From an uncultured Candidatus Saccharibacteria bacterium (lineage in GTDB: Bacteria; Patescibacteriota; WWE3; 9FT-COMBO-53-11): a DNA stretch of 64,000 nt. The number at the start of each line of letters is the position of its first letter. Position 1 is the stretch's first letter. A program made the translations under genes and the position numbers. The stretch lies in assembly GCA_964348395.1 (NCBI GenBank), contig CAYGCK010000002.1, positions 12,729 through 76,728 of the forward strand, in the 5' to 3' direction. The notes beneath the pieces were generated by a model that made no database searches, was not told where the DNA came from, and was given only the letters and a program-made list of their open reading frames with translations. Shown piece by piece: positions 9,634 to 18,472 of this stretch.

Positions 9634-11832
9634 TTGGTGGAGAAACGAAAACAAAAATCTAAATTACGAATTACGAATAACGAATTACGACGGAACCCAA
9701 AAGTTTCGGTTGTGATGGCCACCTATAACGCGCGCGAGTATTTGCGAGAAGCTATCGAAAGCGTTTTAAACCAAACCTTTAAGGATTTTGAGTTTGTGAT
9801 TATCGACGACGGCTCGACCGACGATACTCGTGAAATCATCAAAAGCTATGAGGATCCAAGAATACGGCTCTACAAAAAGGACCACCGGGGGCTTATCGCC
9901 TCGTTAAACGAAGGGATTAAGCTCTCGCGGGGCGAGTATGTCGCCAGAATGGACGCTGACGACATCTCCCACCCACGCCGTTTCGAACTGCAGATTAAGT
10001 TTCTGGATTCTCACCCCGATTACGCCATGGTAGGAACCACAACCGAGATTACCGATACCGAAGGACGAACCTTCAAAATCTCTGCCGAGCCCTTAAGTCA
10101 TGAGGATATATTGAGGGGACTTTTAGTGCGGAATGTCTTTGCGCACGGCTCGATGATGGCGCGACGAGAAGTGCTTTTGGAGTTTGATGGCTACAGCCCG
10201 GAGGCGCTGCACGCCGAGGATTACGACCTGTGGGCCAGAATTATCCGCCTCTACAAAGGAGCCAACCTTCCGCAAGCGCTTTTTAGATGGCGCTCGAACC
10301 CAAAAGGGGTTACCGCCACCAAATTCAGGAGACAACAACAAACAGTTGAGTGGATAACCTCGAGAGAGTGGGGGATAGCCACGAGGGGAGGCAAGTTTCC
10401 CGAAGTTAGTCTGCGAGAGGTCTGGAAAAGGCGTCGGCAGCGGGATCCGGACGACGCTTTTTGGCATCTAAGGAAAGATGCGCTTTCCGCCATTTATGCG
10501 CGGCTGGGGAGAAGCTTTCTGGTTCACGGTAAACGCTTGCGCGCTATAAAGAGTGGTTTGGCTTCGATAATTTTGAACCCGATAGCGCTTAGGAATTACT
10601 TCTACCTTTTAATGGCTTTACTGCCGACGGGGGCTCTCGTCCCGACCGAAAATTTTCTGCGCCCTTTAAAAAGCAGGCTATCAGGAACTTGGAGAAGGGT
10701 CAGACCTCTTAGTCTGATCGAAATTCCCGAAGGAGGAATTCTTTTTGTTCGCCGCGGTATTTACCCGGGGTTTGACTTCCCCGAAGCCCACCAGTTTGCC
10801 GAGGAGCTGGTGAGGCAAGGCAAGACCGTGGGGGTCGTGTGTCTTAGCGCGGGAGGTGAACCTTCTTATGAGGTCATAAACGGGGTCAAGGTTTTCCGCT
10901 TGGCTCCCAACGCCAAGTTTTACCGCTGGATATACCAGTTTTTGTTGGTTTTTAATCTGTGGGGGAGAAAGTATGACATCATCCATGTCTTTTGGGGGAA
11001 GGGATTCTCGTTCCTGCCTCTCTTGGCCCCCTGGTCGGCAAAAAAGTGGGTGCTGGACGTTCGCTCGGGCCATATCGAGGAATCCTGGACCGCCAAGCTC
11101 ATCAACTTTATGATTGTGGTAGATTCTTACCTCTTTGACCACGTGATAACGCTGGATGAGAGGTTGCTCGAGCAGGTTTGGGGGAACTTTCCGGAGCCCG
11201 ACGAGGTCAGTTTTGTCCCCATGGGGGTCAATACCAAACTCTTTCGCTACCGCTACGACAGCAAACTTGCCGAAAGCTTAGGTTTGCGGCGGGGTGACCC
11301 AATATTCGTTTACCAGGGGACCCTGGATCCGGCGAGAAAGTTGGACAAGTTTTTGCGCGGTTTTGCCCAAGCCAAGAAGAAAATTGCTCGTCTCAAGCTC
11401 CTGATGGTGGGGGATGGAGGTGGTAGGGGGGAACTGGAGCGACTCACGCGGTGGCTGGGAATCGAGGATTTGGTTATTTTTGTGGGCCGCGTGCCGTTTG
11501 AGGAGGTCCCGCGTTATATCTCTCTGGGGGATTTTGGGGTCTCTTACGTCCCTCAAACCCCCGCTTTTACGGGCCAGCAGGTGACCAAGACCTTGGAATA
11601 TCTCGCTTGCGGCCGGCCGGTTTTGGCTACAAACCTACCCTTTAACAAGGAGGTTTTGAACGGTAATTCTGGGGTTTTGACCGACGACGATCCCCAATCC
11701 GTCGCTCGCGGTATTGAGAAGATTATTCGGCTTTGGCGGGACAAGAAGCTCAGCGTTGACCCCGATATCGTCAAAAGCTCGTCTTGGTCGAGCATCGTAG
11801 AAGAAAAGCTTCTTCCAGTTTACGGATTTTAG
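9634..11832 (+). CDS. bifunctional glycosyltransferase (N-terminal GT2 domain + C-terminal GT4 domain)
   Basis: AGGAGG RBS at 9623-9628, TTG/GTG start at 9634/9637. GT2 signature VSVVMATYNAREYL...FEFVIIDDGSTDDT. C-terminal GT4 domain (VYQGTLDPARKLDKF...LLMVGDGGGRGELE). Confidence 0.8.
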   Translation: MVEKRKQKSKLRITNNELRRNPKVSVVMATYNAREYLREAIESVLNQTFKDFEFVIIDDGSTDDTREIIKSYEDPRIRLYKKDHRGLIASLNEGIKLSRGEYVARMDADDISHPRRFELQIKFLDSHPDYAMVGTTTEITDTEGRTFKISAEPLSHEDILRGLLVRNVFAHGSMMARREVLLEFDGYSPEALHAEDYDLWARIIRLYKGANLPQALFRWRSNPKGVTATKFRRQQQTVEWITSREWGIATRGGKFPEVSLREVWKRRRQRDPDDAFWHLRKDALSAIYARLGRSFLVHGKRLRAIKSGLASIILNPIALRNYFYLLMALLPTGALVPTENFLRPLKSRLSGTWRRVRPLSLIEIPEGGILFVRRGIYPGFDFPEAHQFAEELVRQGKTVGVVCLSAGGEPSYEVINGVKVFRLAPNAKFYRWIYQFLLVFNLWGRKYDIIHVFWGKGFSFLPLLAPWSAKKWVLDVRSGHIEESWTAKLINFMIVVDSYLFDHVITLDERLLEQVWGNFPEPDEVSFVPMGVNTKLFRYRYDSKLAESLGLRRGDPIFVYQGTLDPARKLDKFLRGFAQAKKKIARLKLLMVGDGGGRGELERLTRWLGIEDLVIFVGRVPFEEVPRYISLGDFGVSYVPQTPAFTGQQVTKTLEYLACGRPVLATNLPFNKEVLNGNSGVLTDDDPQSVARGIEKIIRLWRDKKLSVDPDIVKSSSWSSIVEEKLLPVYGF
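9662..9689. repeat. heptanucleotide tandem repeat (AATTACG)x4, in the 5' coding leader of the GT2-GT4 gene
   Basis: aattacg aattacg aataacg aattacg at codons 10-19. It lies between the start codon and the first GT2 beta-strand. Confidence 0.8.
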
Positions 11833-11851
11833 ATGCTTTAAAATAAGGGCG

Positions 11852-14509
11852 ATGACCAAGACACGGTTGGAAAAACTAGCGGTTTTCTTTTTCCTAATCT
11901 TTTTTATTCTCTCTCCCTTGACTTACAAGCTGCAGATTAGAGGTGGTGTTTATCAGGAGGGGATTTACGTGGAGCCGTTGATAATCTTCCTCCTCTTAAG
12001 CGTGGCGCTTTTTATCTGGGGGATTTGGAAAGGAGGAAGGAGAAAGTTTTGGGTACGTCTCAAAGAGTTTCTTATCCCGCATCCCGTCGCTTTCCTTTTT
12101 TACCTTCTGATAGCGGTTCTTTTGGCCTCCTACCTTTATGGCATCGCTCTTACAGGTTTAACCGCGTTGGGGGATTTCTTGCGCCTCGGCAAGTACGGTT
12201 TGTACTTTTTATCCTTTCCTCTAGCGGTAAAAACCATTCGGGTTTTGGGCGATGTGTGGATCAGAAGAATTTTGATGTTTTTGGTTTTGGCAGGGTTTGC
12301 GGTATCGGTGGTATCTCTCGGGCGCATCTATGGTTACGTTTCGGGAGGAGGGGTTATAGATTTTTGGACTTACTCTCCCTTATCAAGGAGCGTGGGGTTT
12401 TTAGGACAATATTTGGACTTGAGAGACTTTAGCGTAGGGCAAATCCAAAAAGCCGCTCACGCCACCTTTGGTCTTTATCTTTCGGTGGTTTTGGCGGTGG
12501 CTTTTGCCCTCTTTTCCCAAGCTCGGAGCTTCTCCAAGAAGTGGTTTGCCTACCTTTTGGGGGTCGGTACAATCTTCGCTGCGCTTTTGTATACCCTTTC
12601 CCGCGGGGCGGTCGTGACCGGCGACTTGGTGCTTTTGGCGGGGATTGTATGGCTTCTTTTGAAGAAGCGTTTTTGGGCGGTTTTGGTTTTGACAGTTTTT
12701 CTGTTCTTGGAATCGTCCGTTCTTTTACAGTTAAACCCCGAGATCTATCAAAAATTCGCCTCGACCTTCCCCGGCGCGCAAAAGGCGGCGGCGGCGCTCA
12801 TTAAGGTCTCGGCTCCTGTGGGACAGGGGATAATCGGCACGTTTGAGCGTGTTTTTGGTGTATACGAGCCGGATTCGAGAGTACCGACACCTCAGAATGT
12901 TGTGGAAGCCCCGGAAGTTACCGCGTACAGCAACCTTTCTGTGGATAAGTCGCTAAGCGATAGAGTGGTTACGTGGGGGGAGACGCTAAATCTTTTGACC
13001 TCCAAACCGCAGTTTTTCCTTTTTGGAGTGGGGTACAGCATAGATAATCTGCGTCACTTTACCGACGGGGCAGTGGTGTTCCCTCATAGTTTATTCCTGG
13101 ACCAATGGGTTCGCGGGGGACTTTTGGCCCTCGGGGTAGTTCTTGTTATTTGGTTAGTTCTTTTTGTAAAGACCATTCAATTTTGGTCCTCCAAAAACGA
13201 TCTTGTCCGCGCCGTTGGGGTCACCCTCTTTGCCTTTTTGGTGGGGTGGTTTTTGGATAACGCCTTCTCCGGCGAGCAATTTTTCTCGGATGCGCCGATG
13301 CTTGTGTTTTGGGGAACTTTAGGGCTCGTGACAGCGTTGTCAGAGATCAGAGGTCAGAGATCAGAGGTCAGGAAGGTGCTCATAGCGCTTACGAGCTCTA
13401 AGCTGGGAGGGGCGCCGCAGGTCGCTTATGACTTGCTCTCGCAAGTCAGTAAGAGAAAGAGTAAGAGTGGAGAGGGGAAATTTGAATTTATTGTCGCTGC
13501 ACCGAAGGGTGGGGTTTTCAATAAAAAGTTTAGGGAGTTGGGGTACAAGGTTTATCCGGTCCCGCTTAACCGGATTGGTATTGGAGGGTTTATCGGGCTT
13601 CTCAAGGTCGCCCTTAAGGAAAAGGTCGATCTAATAAACTCCCACGGCAAGGGCGCAGGTATCTACGCCCGAAAGGTTGGTGTGCTTTTGGGTATCCCTG
13701 TGGTTCAGACTTTCCACGGTCTGCACTACGATTACAAAAACCCTTTTGCGCGGTTTTTCTACCTCTGGCTGGAACGCTTCCTCACCCCCTTTATGAGATT
13801 TGTAATAAATGTTTCTCCCGGCCAGGAAAAGGAAGGTATCAGATTGAGGATTTTCCCCAAGAGTAAGTCGCGGTTGGTCGTAAACGGAATAGACGTGGGG
13901 AAGTTTGACAGGGTTAGGGTGAACAAGGACAGCCTTCGAAAGAAATTGGGACTCGCGCCGCGGGATTTCGCAGTCGCCGTAGTAGCGCGGTTTGATAGGG
14001 TTAAGGGCCATATACGCCTCATAAACCATATTCCCGACCTTATTAAAAGCATTCCGAACTTAAAAGTCGTTTTTGTCGGGGGTGGGGAAGAGCAAGTAAG
14101 AGCAAGAGCTAGAGCAAGAGAGTTAGGAGTTCAGGATTCAGTGGTTTTTTTGGGAGAGAGAAGTGACGTTCCCAAGATCCTCAAATCCGCAGACGCTCTG
14201 ATTTTGCCATCTTTTCATGAGGGGATGCCTCTTGCGGTGCTTGAGGCCTACGCGTGCGAGCTCCCCGTTATCGGTGCGGACGTGGTTGGAGTGGCGGATG
14301 TAGTCGAGGATGGAAGGACCGGATATTTGGTTTCTTTTGACGAGGGGTCAACGGAGCTCAAGCGCGCGCTCGGTAAGCTCTACAAGAGCAAGACGCTTAG
14401 GGAAAAGCTTGGCAAGGCGGGGAGACGCATGGTGGAGGAGAAGTTTTCCCTAGACCGGTTTGTTCGAGGTACACTTAAGGTGTACAAGGAGGCACTTCTT
14501 AGGTCATGA
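11852..14509 (+). CDS. fusion protein: O-antigen ligase/polymerase-like (Wzy_C) polytopic membrane domain + C-terminal GT4 glycosyltransferase
   Basis: About 10 predicted TM helices. Wzy_C-like LYTLSRGAVV and GVGYSIDNL...FPHSLFLDQWVRGGLLALG motifs. A GT4 domain follows from about KVLIALTSSKLGGAPQVAYDL, with the C-terminal ILPSFHEGMPLAVLEAYACELPVIGADVVG. Confidence 0.75.
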   Translation: MTKTRLEKLAVFFFLIFFILSPLTYKLQIRGGVYQEGIYVEPLIIFLLLSVALFIWGIWKGGRRKFWVRLKEFLIPHPVAFLFYLLIAVLLASYLYGIALTGLTALGDFLRLGKYGLYFLSFPLAVKTIRVLGDVWIRRILMFLVLAGFAVSVVSLGRIYGYVSGGGVIDFWTYSPLSRSVGFLGQYLDLRDFSVGQIQKAAHATFGLYLSVVLAVAFALFSQARSFSKKWFAYLLGVGTIFAALLYTLSRGAVVTGDLVLLAGIVWLLLKKRFWAVLVLTVFLFLESSVLLQLNPEIYQKFASTFPGAQKAAAALIKVSAPVGQGIIGTFERVFGVYEPDSRVPTPQNVVEAPEVTAYSNLSVDKSLSDRVVTWGETLNLLTSKPQFFLFGVGYSIDNLRHFTDGAVVFPHSLFLDQWVRGGLLALGVVLVIWLVLFVKTIQFWSSKNDLVRAVGVTLFAFLVGWFLDNAFSGEQFFSDAPMLVFWGTLGLVTALSEIRGQRSEVRKVLIALTSSKLGGAPQVAYDLLSQVSKRKSKSGEGKFEFIVAAPKGGVFNKKFRELGYKVYPVPLNRIGIGGFIGLLKVALKEKVDLINSHGKGAGIYARKVGVLLGIPVVQTFHGLHYDYKNPFARFFYLWLERFLTPFMRFVINVSPGQEKEGIRLRIFPKSKSRLVVNGIDVGKFDRVRVNKDSLRKKLGLAPRDFAVAVVARFDRVKGHIRLINHIPDLIKSIPNLKVVFVGGGEEQVRARARARELGVQDSVVFLGERSDVPKILKSADALILPSFHEGMPLAVLEAYACELPVIGADVVGVADVVEDGRTGYLVSFDEGSTELKRALGKLYKSKTLREKLGKAGRRMVEEKFSLDRFVRGTLKVYKEALLRS
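13341..13372. repeat. heptanucleotide tandem repeat (CAGAGAT/CAGAGGT)x4 at the Wzy_C/GT4 domain junction
   Basis: cagagat cagaggt cagagat cagaggt cagg, encoding SEIRGQRSEVR between the last TM region and the GT4 N-terminus. Confidence 0.8.
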
Positions 14510-15660
14510 AGAAAAGGAAACTCCGCATTGGAATAGACGCTCGGCTTTGGGGTCCCTACGGGCGGGGTGTGGGCCGCTATGTGGAGAATTTGGTCGAAAA
14601 CCTTGAGGAGGTGGATAAGAAAAACGAGTACGTCATTTTCCTGCGCGAGCAGAATTTCGACCTCTATAACCCCAGAGGTAAAAACTTTAGCAAGGTTTTG
14701 GCCGACGTTCCTTGGTACGGTGTTGCGGAACAGACGGCTCTGCCCAAAATATTCTTTGCCCAAAACCTCGATGTCCTGCACGTCCCACACTTTAACGTTC
14801 CGGTTTTCTATAGCGGGAATATGGTGGTAACCATTCACGATTTGACTATGCTTAGGTTCGGAGGGCGGGAGGCGACGACCCGCGCCTTGCCGCTCTATCT
14901 CTTGAAGCGTCTGGGGCTCTGGGCGGTTTTATCGACCGCCTTGAGGCGCGCGAGCGCGATTGTGACGCCCTCCCAGTTTGTCAAAGACGATGTGGTTCGG
15001 ACTTTTCGTATAACTCCTAAAAAAGTTTTCGCTACTTATGAGGCCGGGGTTTTGGGAGGGAAGGGGCGAACGCGCGAGGAGAGGGAGGTCGAGGACGTTT
15101 TGGGAAGGCACGAGATTACAAAACCTTATATCCTTTACGTCGGTGGGTTTTATCCTCACAAAAACATCGCCCGGCTCCTTGAGGCGGTAAAAATCTTAAA
15201 CGAAAAGTTGAAGCAAAAAACGCAACTCGTCTTGGTGGGGGCCGAGGACGTCTTCCGAGCTAGGGTGGCCAGGCAGGCCCTTGAGGTTGGGGCGCTAAAG
15301 TATATATCTTTTACCGGTTACGTGACGGATGATGACTTGGTGGACCTTTATAAAAACGCCGAAGCTTACGTTCAGCCGTCCTTATCGGAAGGGTTTGGTC
15401 TGCCCTCGCTTGAGGCAATGGCGCTCGGGGTGCCTGTTGTCGAGTCCAACTCCTCCTGCCTTCCGGAGATAGCCGGCGAGGCGGCTTTATATTTTGACCC
15501 ATATGACGCGGGAGATATAGCCGAGAAGCTGGGTAAGGTCTTAAGCAGCAAGTCGCTTAGGCAGAAGTTGGTTAAAAAAGGACTCAAGAGGTCGAAGGAG
15601 TTTTCCTGGGAAGAAATGGCGCGCGAGACCGTAGAAGTTTACAAGAAAGTAGGGAAATGA
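14506..15660 (+). CDS. glycosyltransferase family 4
   Basis: MKKRKLRIGIDARLWGPYGRGVGRYVENL (GT4 RfaB-like N-terminus); C-terminal SLSEGFGLPSLEAMALGVPVV. Confidence 0.85.
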   Translation: MKKRKLRIGIDARLWGPYGRGVGRYVENLVENLEEVDKKNEYVIFLREQNFDLYNPRGKNFSKVLADVPWYGVAEQTALPKIFFAQNLDVLHVPHFNVPVFYSGNMVVTIHDLTMLRFGGREATTRALPLYLLKRLGLWAVLSTALRRASAIVTPSQFVKDDVVRTFRITPKKVFATYEAGVLGGKGRTREEREVEDVLGRHEITKPYILYVGGFYPHKNIARLLEAVKILNEKLKQKTQLVLVGAEDVFRARVARQALEVGALKYISFTGYVTDDDLVDLYKNAEAYVQPSLSEGFGLPSLEAMALGVPVVESNSSCLPEIAGEAALYFDPYDAGDIAEKLGKVLSSKSLRQKLVKKGLKRSKEFSWEEMARETVEVYKKVGK

Positions 15661-16583
15661 AGGCGCTTGTAACGGGGGGAGCGGGATTTATAGGAAGCCA
15701 CTTGGTAGACGCGCTGTGTAAACGAGGAGATGAGGTTTTGGTGGTCGACGACCTTTCAAACGGCCGCGCCGAAAACGTCAACCCCAACGCAAAGCTTCTG
15801 ACCGAGGATATCGGCGAGGGTGTGGTCTCGAAACTTATCGACGAGGAGAAACCCGAGGTTATTTTCCACTTAGCCGCCCATATAGACGTTCGCCGCTCGG
15901 TCGAGGAGCCCTCCTTGGACGCCAAGGCCAATATCTTGGGGAGCCTAAACCTCATTAAAGCCGCGGCGGAGGCGGGGATTAAAAAATTCGTTTTCTCCTC
16001 AACCGGCGGGGCGATTTACGGAAACGCAACCGAGATCCCGACACCCGAGACCTACCCCCCTAAACCCCTTTCCCCGTATGGAATAGCCAAGCTCGCAGTC
16101 GAAGGGTACATCAAGCTTTGGGAGGGCCTTTTTGGGATCAAGTACACGGCTCTTCGCTACTCCAACGTCTTTGGGCCTAGGCAGGGGGAGGTGGGAGAGG
16201 CGGGGGTGACCGCGATTTTTGCCAGGAAGCTTCTCTCTGGAGGAAACGTTACGATATTTGGGGATGGCGAGCAGACCCGCGATTACGTCTACGTTTCGGA
16301 TGTGGTCGAGGCGAATCTTCTGGCCGCCGGCTCGGCGGATTCGGGGATTTTCAACATCTCAACCGGTATTGAGACGAGCGTAAACACCGTTTTTGATAAA
16401 CTGCTCAAGCTTTCCGGTAAAAAGGTTAAACACTCCTACCTTCCCTTAAACCGCGGGGAGGTCTTGCGAAGCGCTTTGGATTACTCGTTGGCCCGCGAAA
16501 AACTGGGTTGGGAGCCGAAAGTTCCTTTTGAAGAGGGGATTGAGAGGACATTCGATTATTTTCTAGCTCAGCAAAGACAGTAA
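15657..16583 (+). CDS. NAD-dependent epimerase/dehydratase (UDP-hexose 4-epimerase, GalE-like)
   Basis: MKALVTGGAGFIGSHLVDAL Rossmann motif; YxxxK (YGIAKLAVE); 308 aa. Confidence 0.85.
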   Translation: MKALVTGGAGFIGSHLVDALCKRGDEVLVVDDLSNGRAENVNPNAKLLTEDIGEGVVSKLIDEEKPEVIFHLAAHIDVRRSVEEPSLDAKANILGSLNLIKAAAEAGIKKFVFSSTGGAIYGNATEIPTPETYPPKPLSPYGIAKLAVEGYIKLWEGLFGIKYTALRYSNVFGPRQGEVGEAGVTAIFARKLLSGGNVTIFGDGEQTRDYVYVSDVVEANLLAAGSADSGIFNISTGIETSVNTVFDKLLKLSGKKVKHSYLPLNRGEVLRSALDYSLAREKLGWEPKVPFEEGIERTFDYFLAQQRQ

Positions 16584-16584
16584 A

Positions 16585-17706
16585 ATGAGTGTTGCTATAC
16601 CTAAAAACTTGAAGAATTTAAAAGTTGCTTTAGTCCACGAGGATTTGTCGGTTCCTCACGAAGGGGCGGCCAAGGTATTTCTGGCGATCGCCGAACTTTT
16701 CCCCGACGCTTCGATTTTTATCCCCATGGCAACCACGAGGTGGTTAAAACGACTTTCGGCGTGGAAGGTAACCACCTCTTTTATGCAGCGTTTTCCTGCT
16801 AAAAGGAGACTGCAGCGGGCCTTTACTCCTTTTTATCCTCTGGCTTTTGAGTCCTTTGATCTTTCTGATTACGATTTGGTAATCTCCTCCTCGTCCCGCT
16901 TCGCTCACGGCGTTGTTACAAAGCCCGAAACCAAGCACGTCTGCTACATGCACTCGCCGGGTCGTATGTTTTGGGAGCCTCACCAATATTTTGGGAAGGA
17001 TTCAAACCTCCGGAAACTTTTATCGCCGGCACTTTCTTACTTTCGCCTTTGGGACGGGGCTGCGTCGGCGCGCGTAGATCGTTTTGTAGCCAACTCTAAA
17101 AACACAGCACGAAGGATAAAAAAATATTATGGGCGGGAAGCATCCATTGTGCACCCATTCGCGGATCTGGAGCGGTTTGCTCCTAAACCAGAGAGCGGGG
17201 AGCAGAGAACGGAGAGTAGTTACTACCTTGTGGTGACAAGGCTGGCTCCTTGGAAGAGGGTGGATGTGGCTATTGAGGCGGCGAAAAAGGTTGGGGTGCG
17301 GGTGAAGATTGTGGGTTCCGGTCCCGACCGAAAGCGGCTTGAAGGGATAAAGGGAGCGAGCGCAAAGATTTTGGGGAGCGTGGGAGATGGGGAATTAGCG
17401 CGACTTTACCAAAACTGCCGAGCGTTCATTATGACCCAGGAGGAGGATTTTGGAATAACCGCACTTGAAGCCCAAGCCGCGGGCTGTCCGGTGGTGGCGT
17501 ATGGTGCGGGGGGAGCGCTTGAAACCATTAGCGAGGGGAAAACCGGGGAGTTTTTCTATCCTCAAACCGGTGTGGCGCTCGCTAAAGCTCTCAAAAGCTT
17601 CGATCCCAAAAAATACAAACTCGAAGATTGCCGAGCCAACGCCCAGCGCTTTAGCAAAAAGAGGTTTCAAGAAAACCTGCTGAAAGAAATAAGCAAGGAT
17701 TTTTAA
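16585..17706 (+). CDS. glycosyltransferase family 4
   Basis: C-terminal MTQEEDFGITALEAQAAGCPVVAYGAGGALE GT4 signature. Confidence 0.8.
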   Translation: MSVAIPKNLKNLKVALVHEDLSVPHEGAAKVFLAIAELFPDASIFIPMATTRWLKRLSAWKVTTSFMQRFPAKRRLQRAFTPFYPLAFESFDLSDYDLVISSSSRFAHGVVTKPETKHVCYMHSPGRMFWEPHQYFGKDSNLRKLLSPALSYFRLWDGAASARVDRFVANSKNTARRIKKYYGREASIVHPFADLERFAPKPESGEQRTESSYYLVVTRLAPWKRVDVAIEAAKKVGVRVKIVGSGPDRKRLEGIKGASAKILGSVGDGELARLYQNCRAFIMTQEEDFGITALEAQAAGCPVVAYGAGGALETISEGKTGEFFYPQTGVALAKALKSFDPKKYKLEDCRANAQRFSKKRFQENLLKEISKDF

Positions 17707-17746
17707 GTTGAAGGAAAGAACCTTTCCATATTCGGTATAATCTTAG

Positions 17747-18433
17747 TTGCCTGCCATGGATACGTCACTTATGAAAGATTTCATCTACGCCGCTTTAAAG
17801 CGGTTTCTTGATGTAGCTGGTTCGGTCGTCGGAATCTTCGTTTTTTCCATTCCCATGGTCGTTGTATATATCCTCAACAAGCGCGAAGCTCCGGGACCGG
17901 CGGTTTTTGTGCAAACGCGGGTGGGGTTGGGAGGCAAAAATTTTAAGATGTATAAATTTGCCTCTATGATCACTCGCACGGAAGAGCAGGAGCGGAAGTT
18001 TTTGAAAGAACTAGCCCGAGAAAGGCCAAAACTTTGGGAGCGCTACAAGAAAAACAATTTCAAGACCTTGGAGGACGACCCCCGCTTGACCGCATTTGGC
18101 AAGTTCTTGAGGAAATCGTCGCTCGATGAGCTGCCTCAATTTTTTAACGTTTTTAAAGGCGAGATGTCCATCGTCGGTCCGCGCGCCTACAAACCAGACG
18201 AGCTTAAAAGTTACGCCGCCGAACATCCAGAATTTAAGGAAGATATAGAGAACTTGCTCACGGTTAAGCCGGGAATAACGGGTCCGTGGCAGGTTTCCGG
18301 CCGTTCCAACCTCCCATTATCAGAGCGCCTGAAGTTAGACTCCTCCTACGCCGAAAGAAAATCTTTCCTCGACGATATGAAAATAATTTTCAAGACCCCC
18401 GTGGCCGTTTTGCGAAGAGACGGCGCCTATTAG
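17747..18433 (+). CDS. monotopic phosphoglycosyl transferase (PglC/WbaP C-domain type; Bac_transf family), priming enzyme
   Basis: KRFLDVAGSVVGIFVFSIP re-entrant helix. PGPAVFVQTRVGLGGKNFKMYKFASM and DPRLTAFGKFLRKSSLDELPQFFNVFKGEMSIVGPRA are Bac_transf hallmarks. Confidence 0.85.
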   Translation: MPAMDTSLMKDFIYAALKRFLDVAGSVVGIFVFSIPMVVVYILNKREAPGPAVFVQTRVGLGGKNFKMYKFASMITRTEEQERKFLKELARERPKLWERYKKNNFKTLEDDPRLTAFGKFLRKSSLDELPQFFNVFKGEMSIVGPRAYKPDELKSYAAEHPEFKEDIENLLTVKPGITGPWQVSGRSNLPLSERLKLDSSYAERKSFLDDMKIIFKTPVAVLRRDGAY

Positions 18434-18472
18434 TTAAGAGTCCAATTTTCTGTATTCTTATATTGTTATCCG

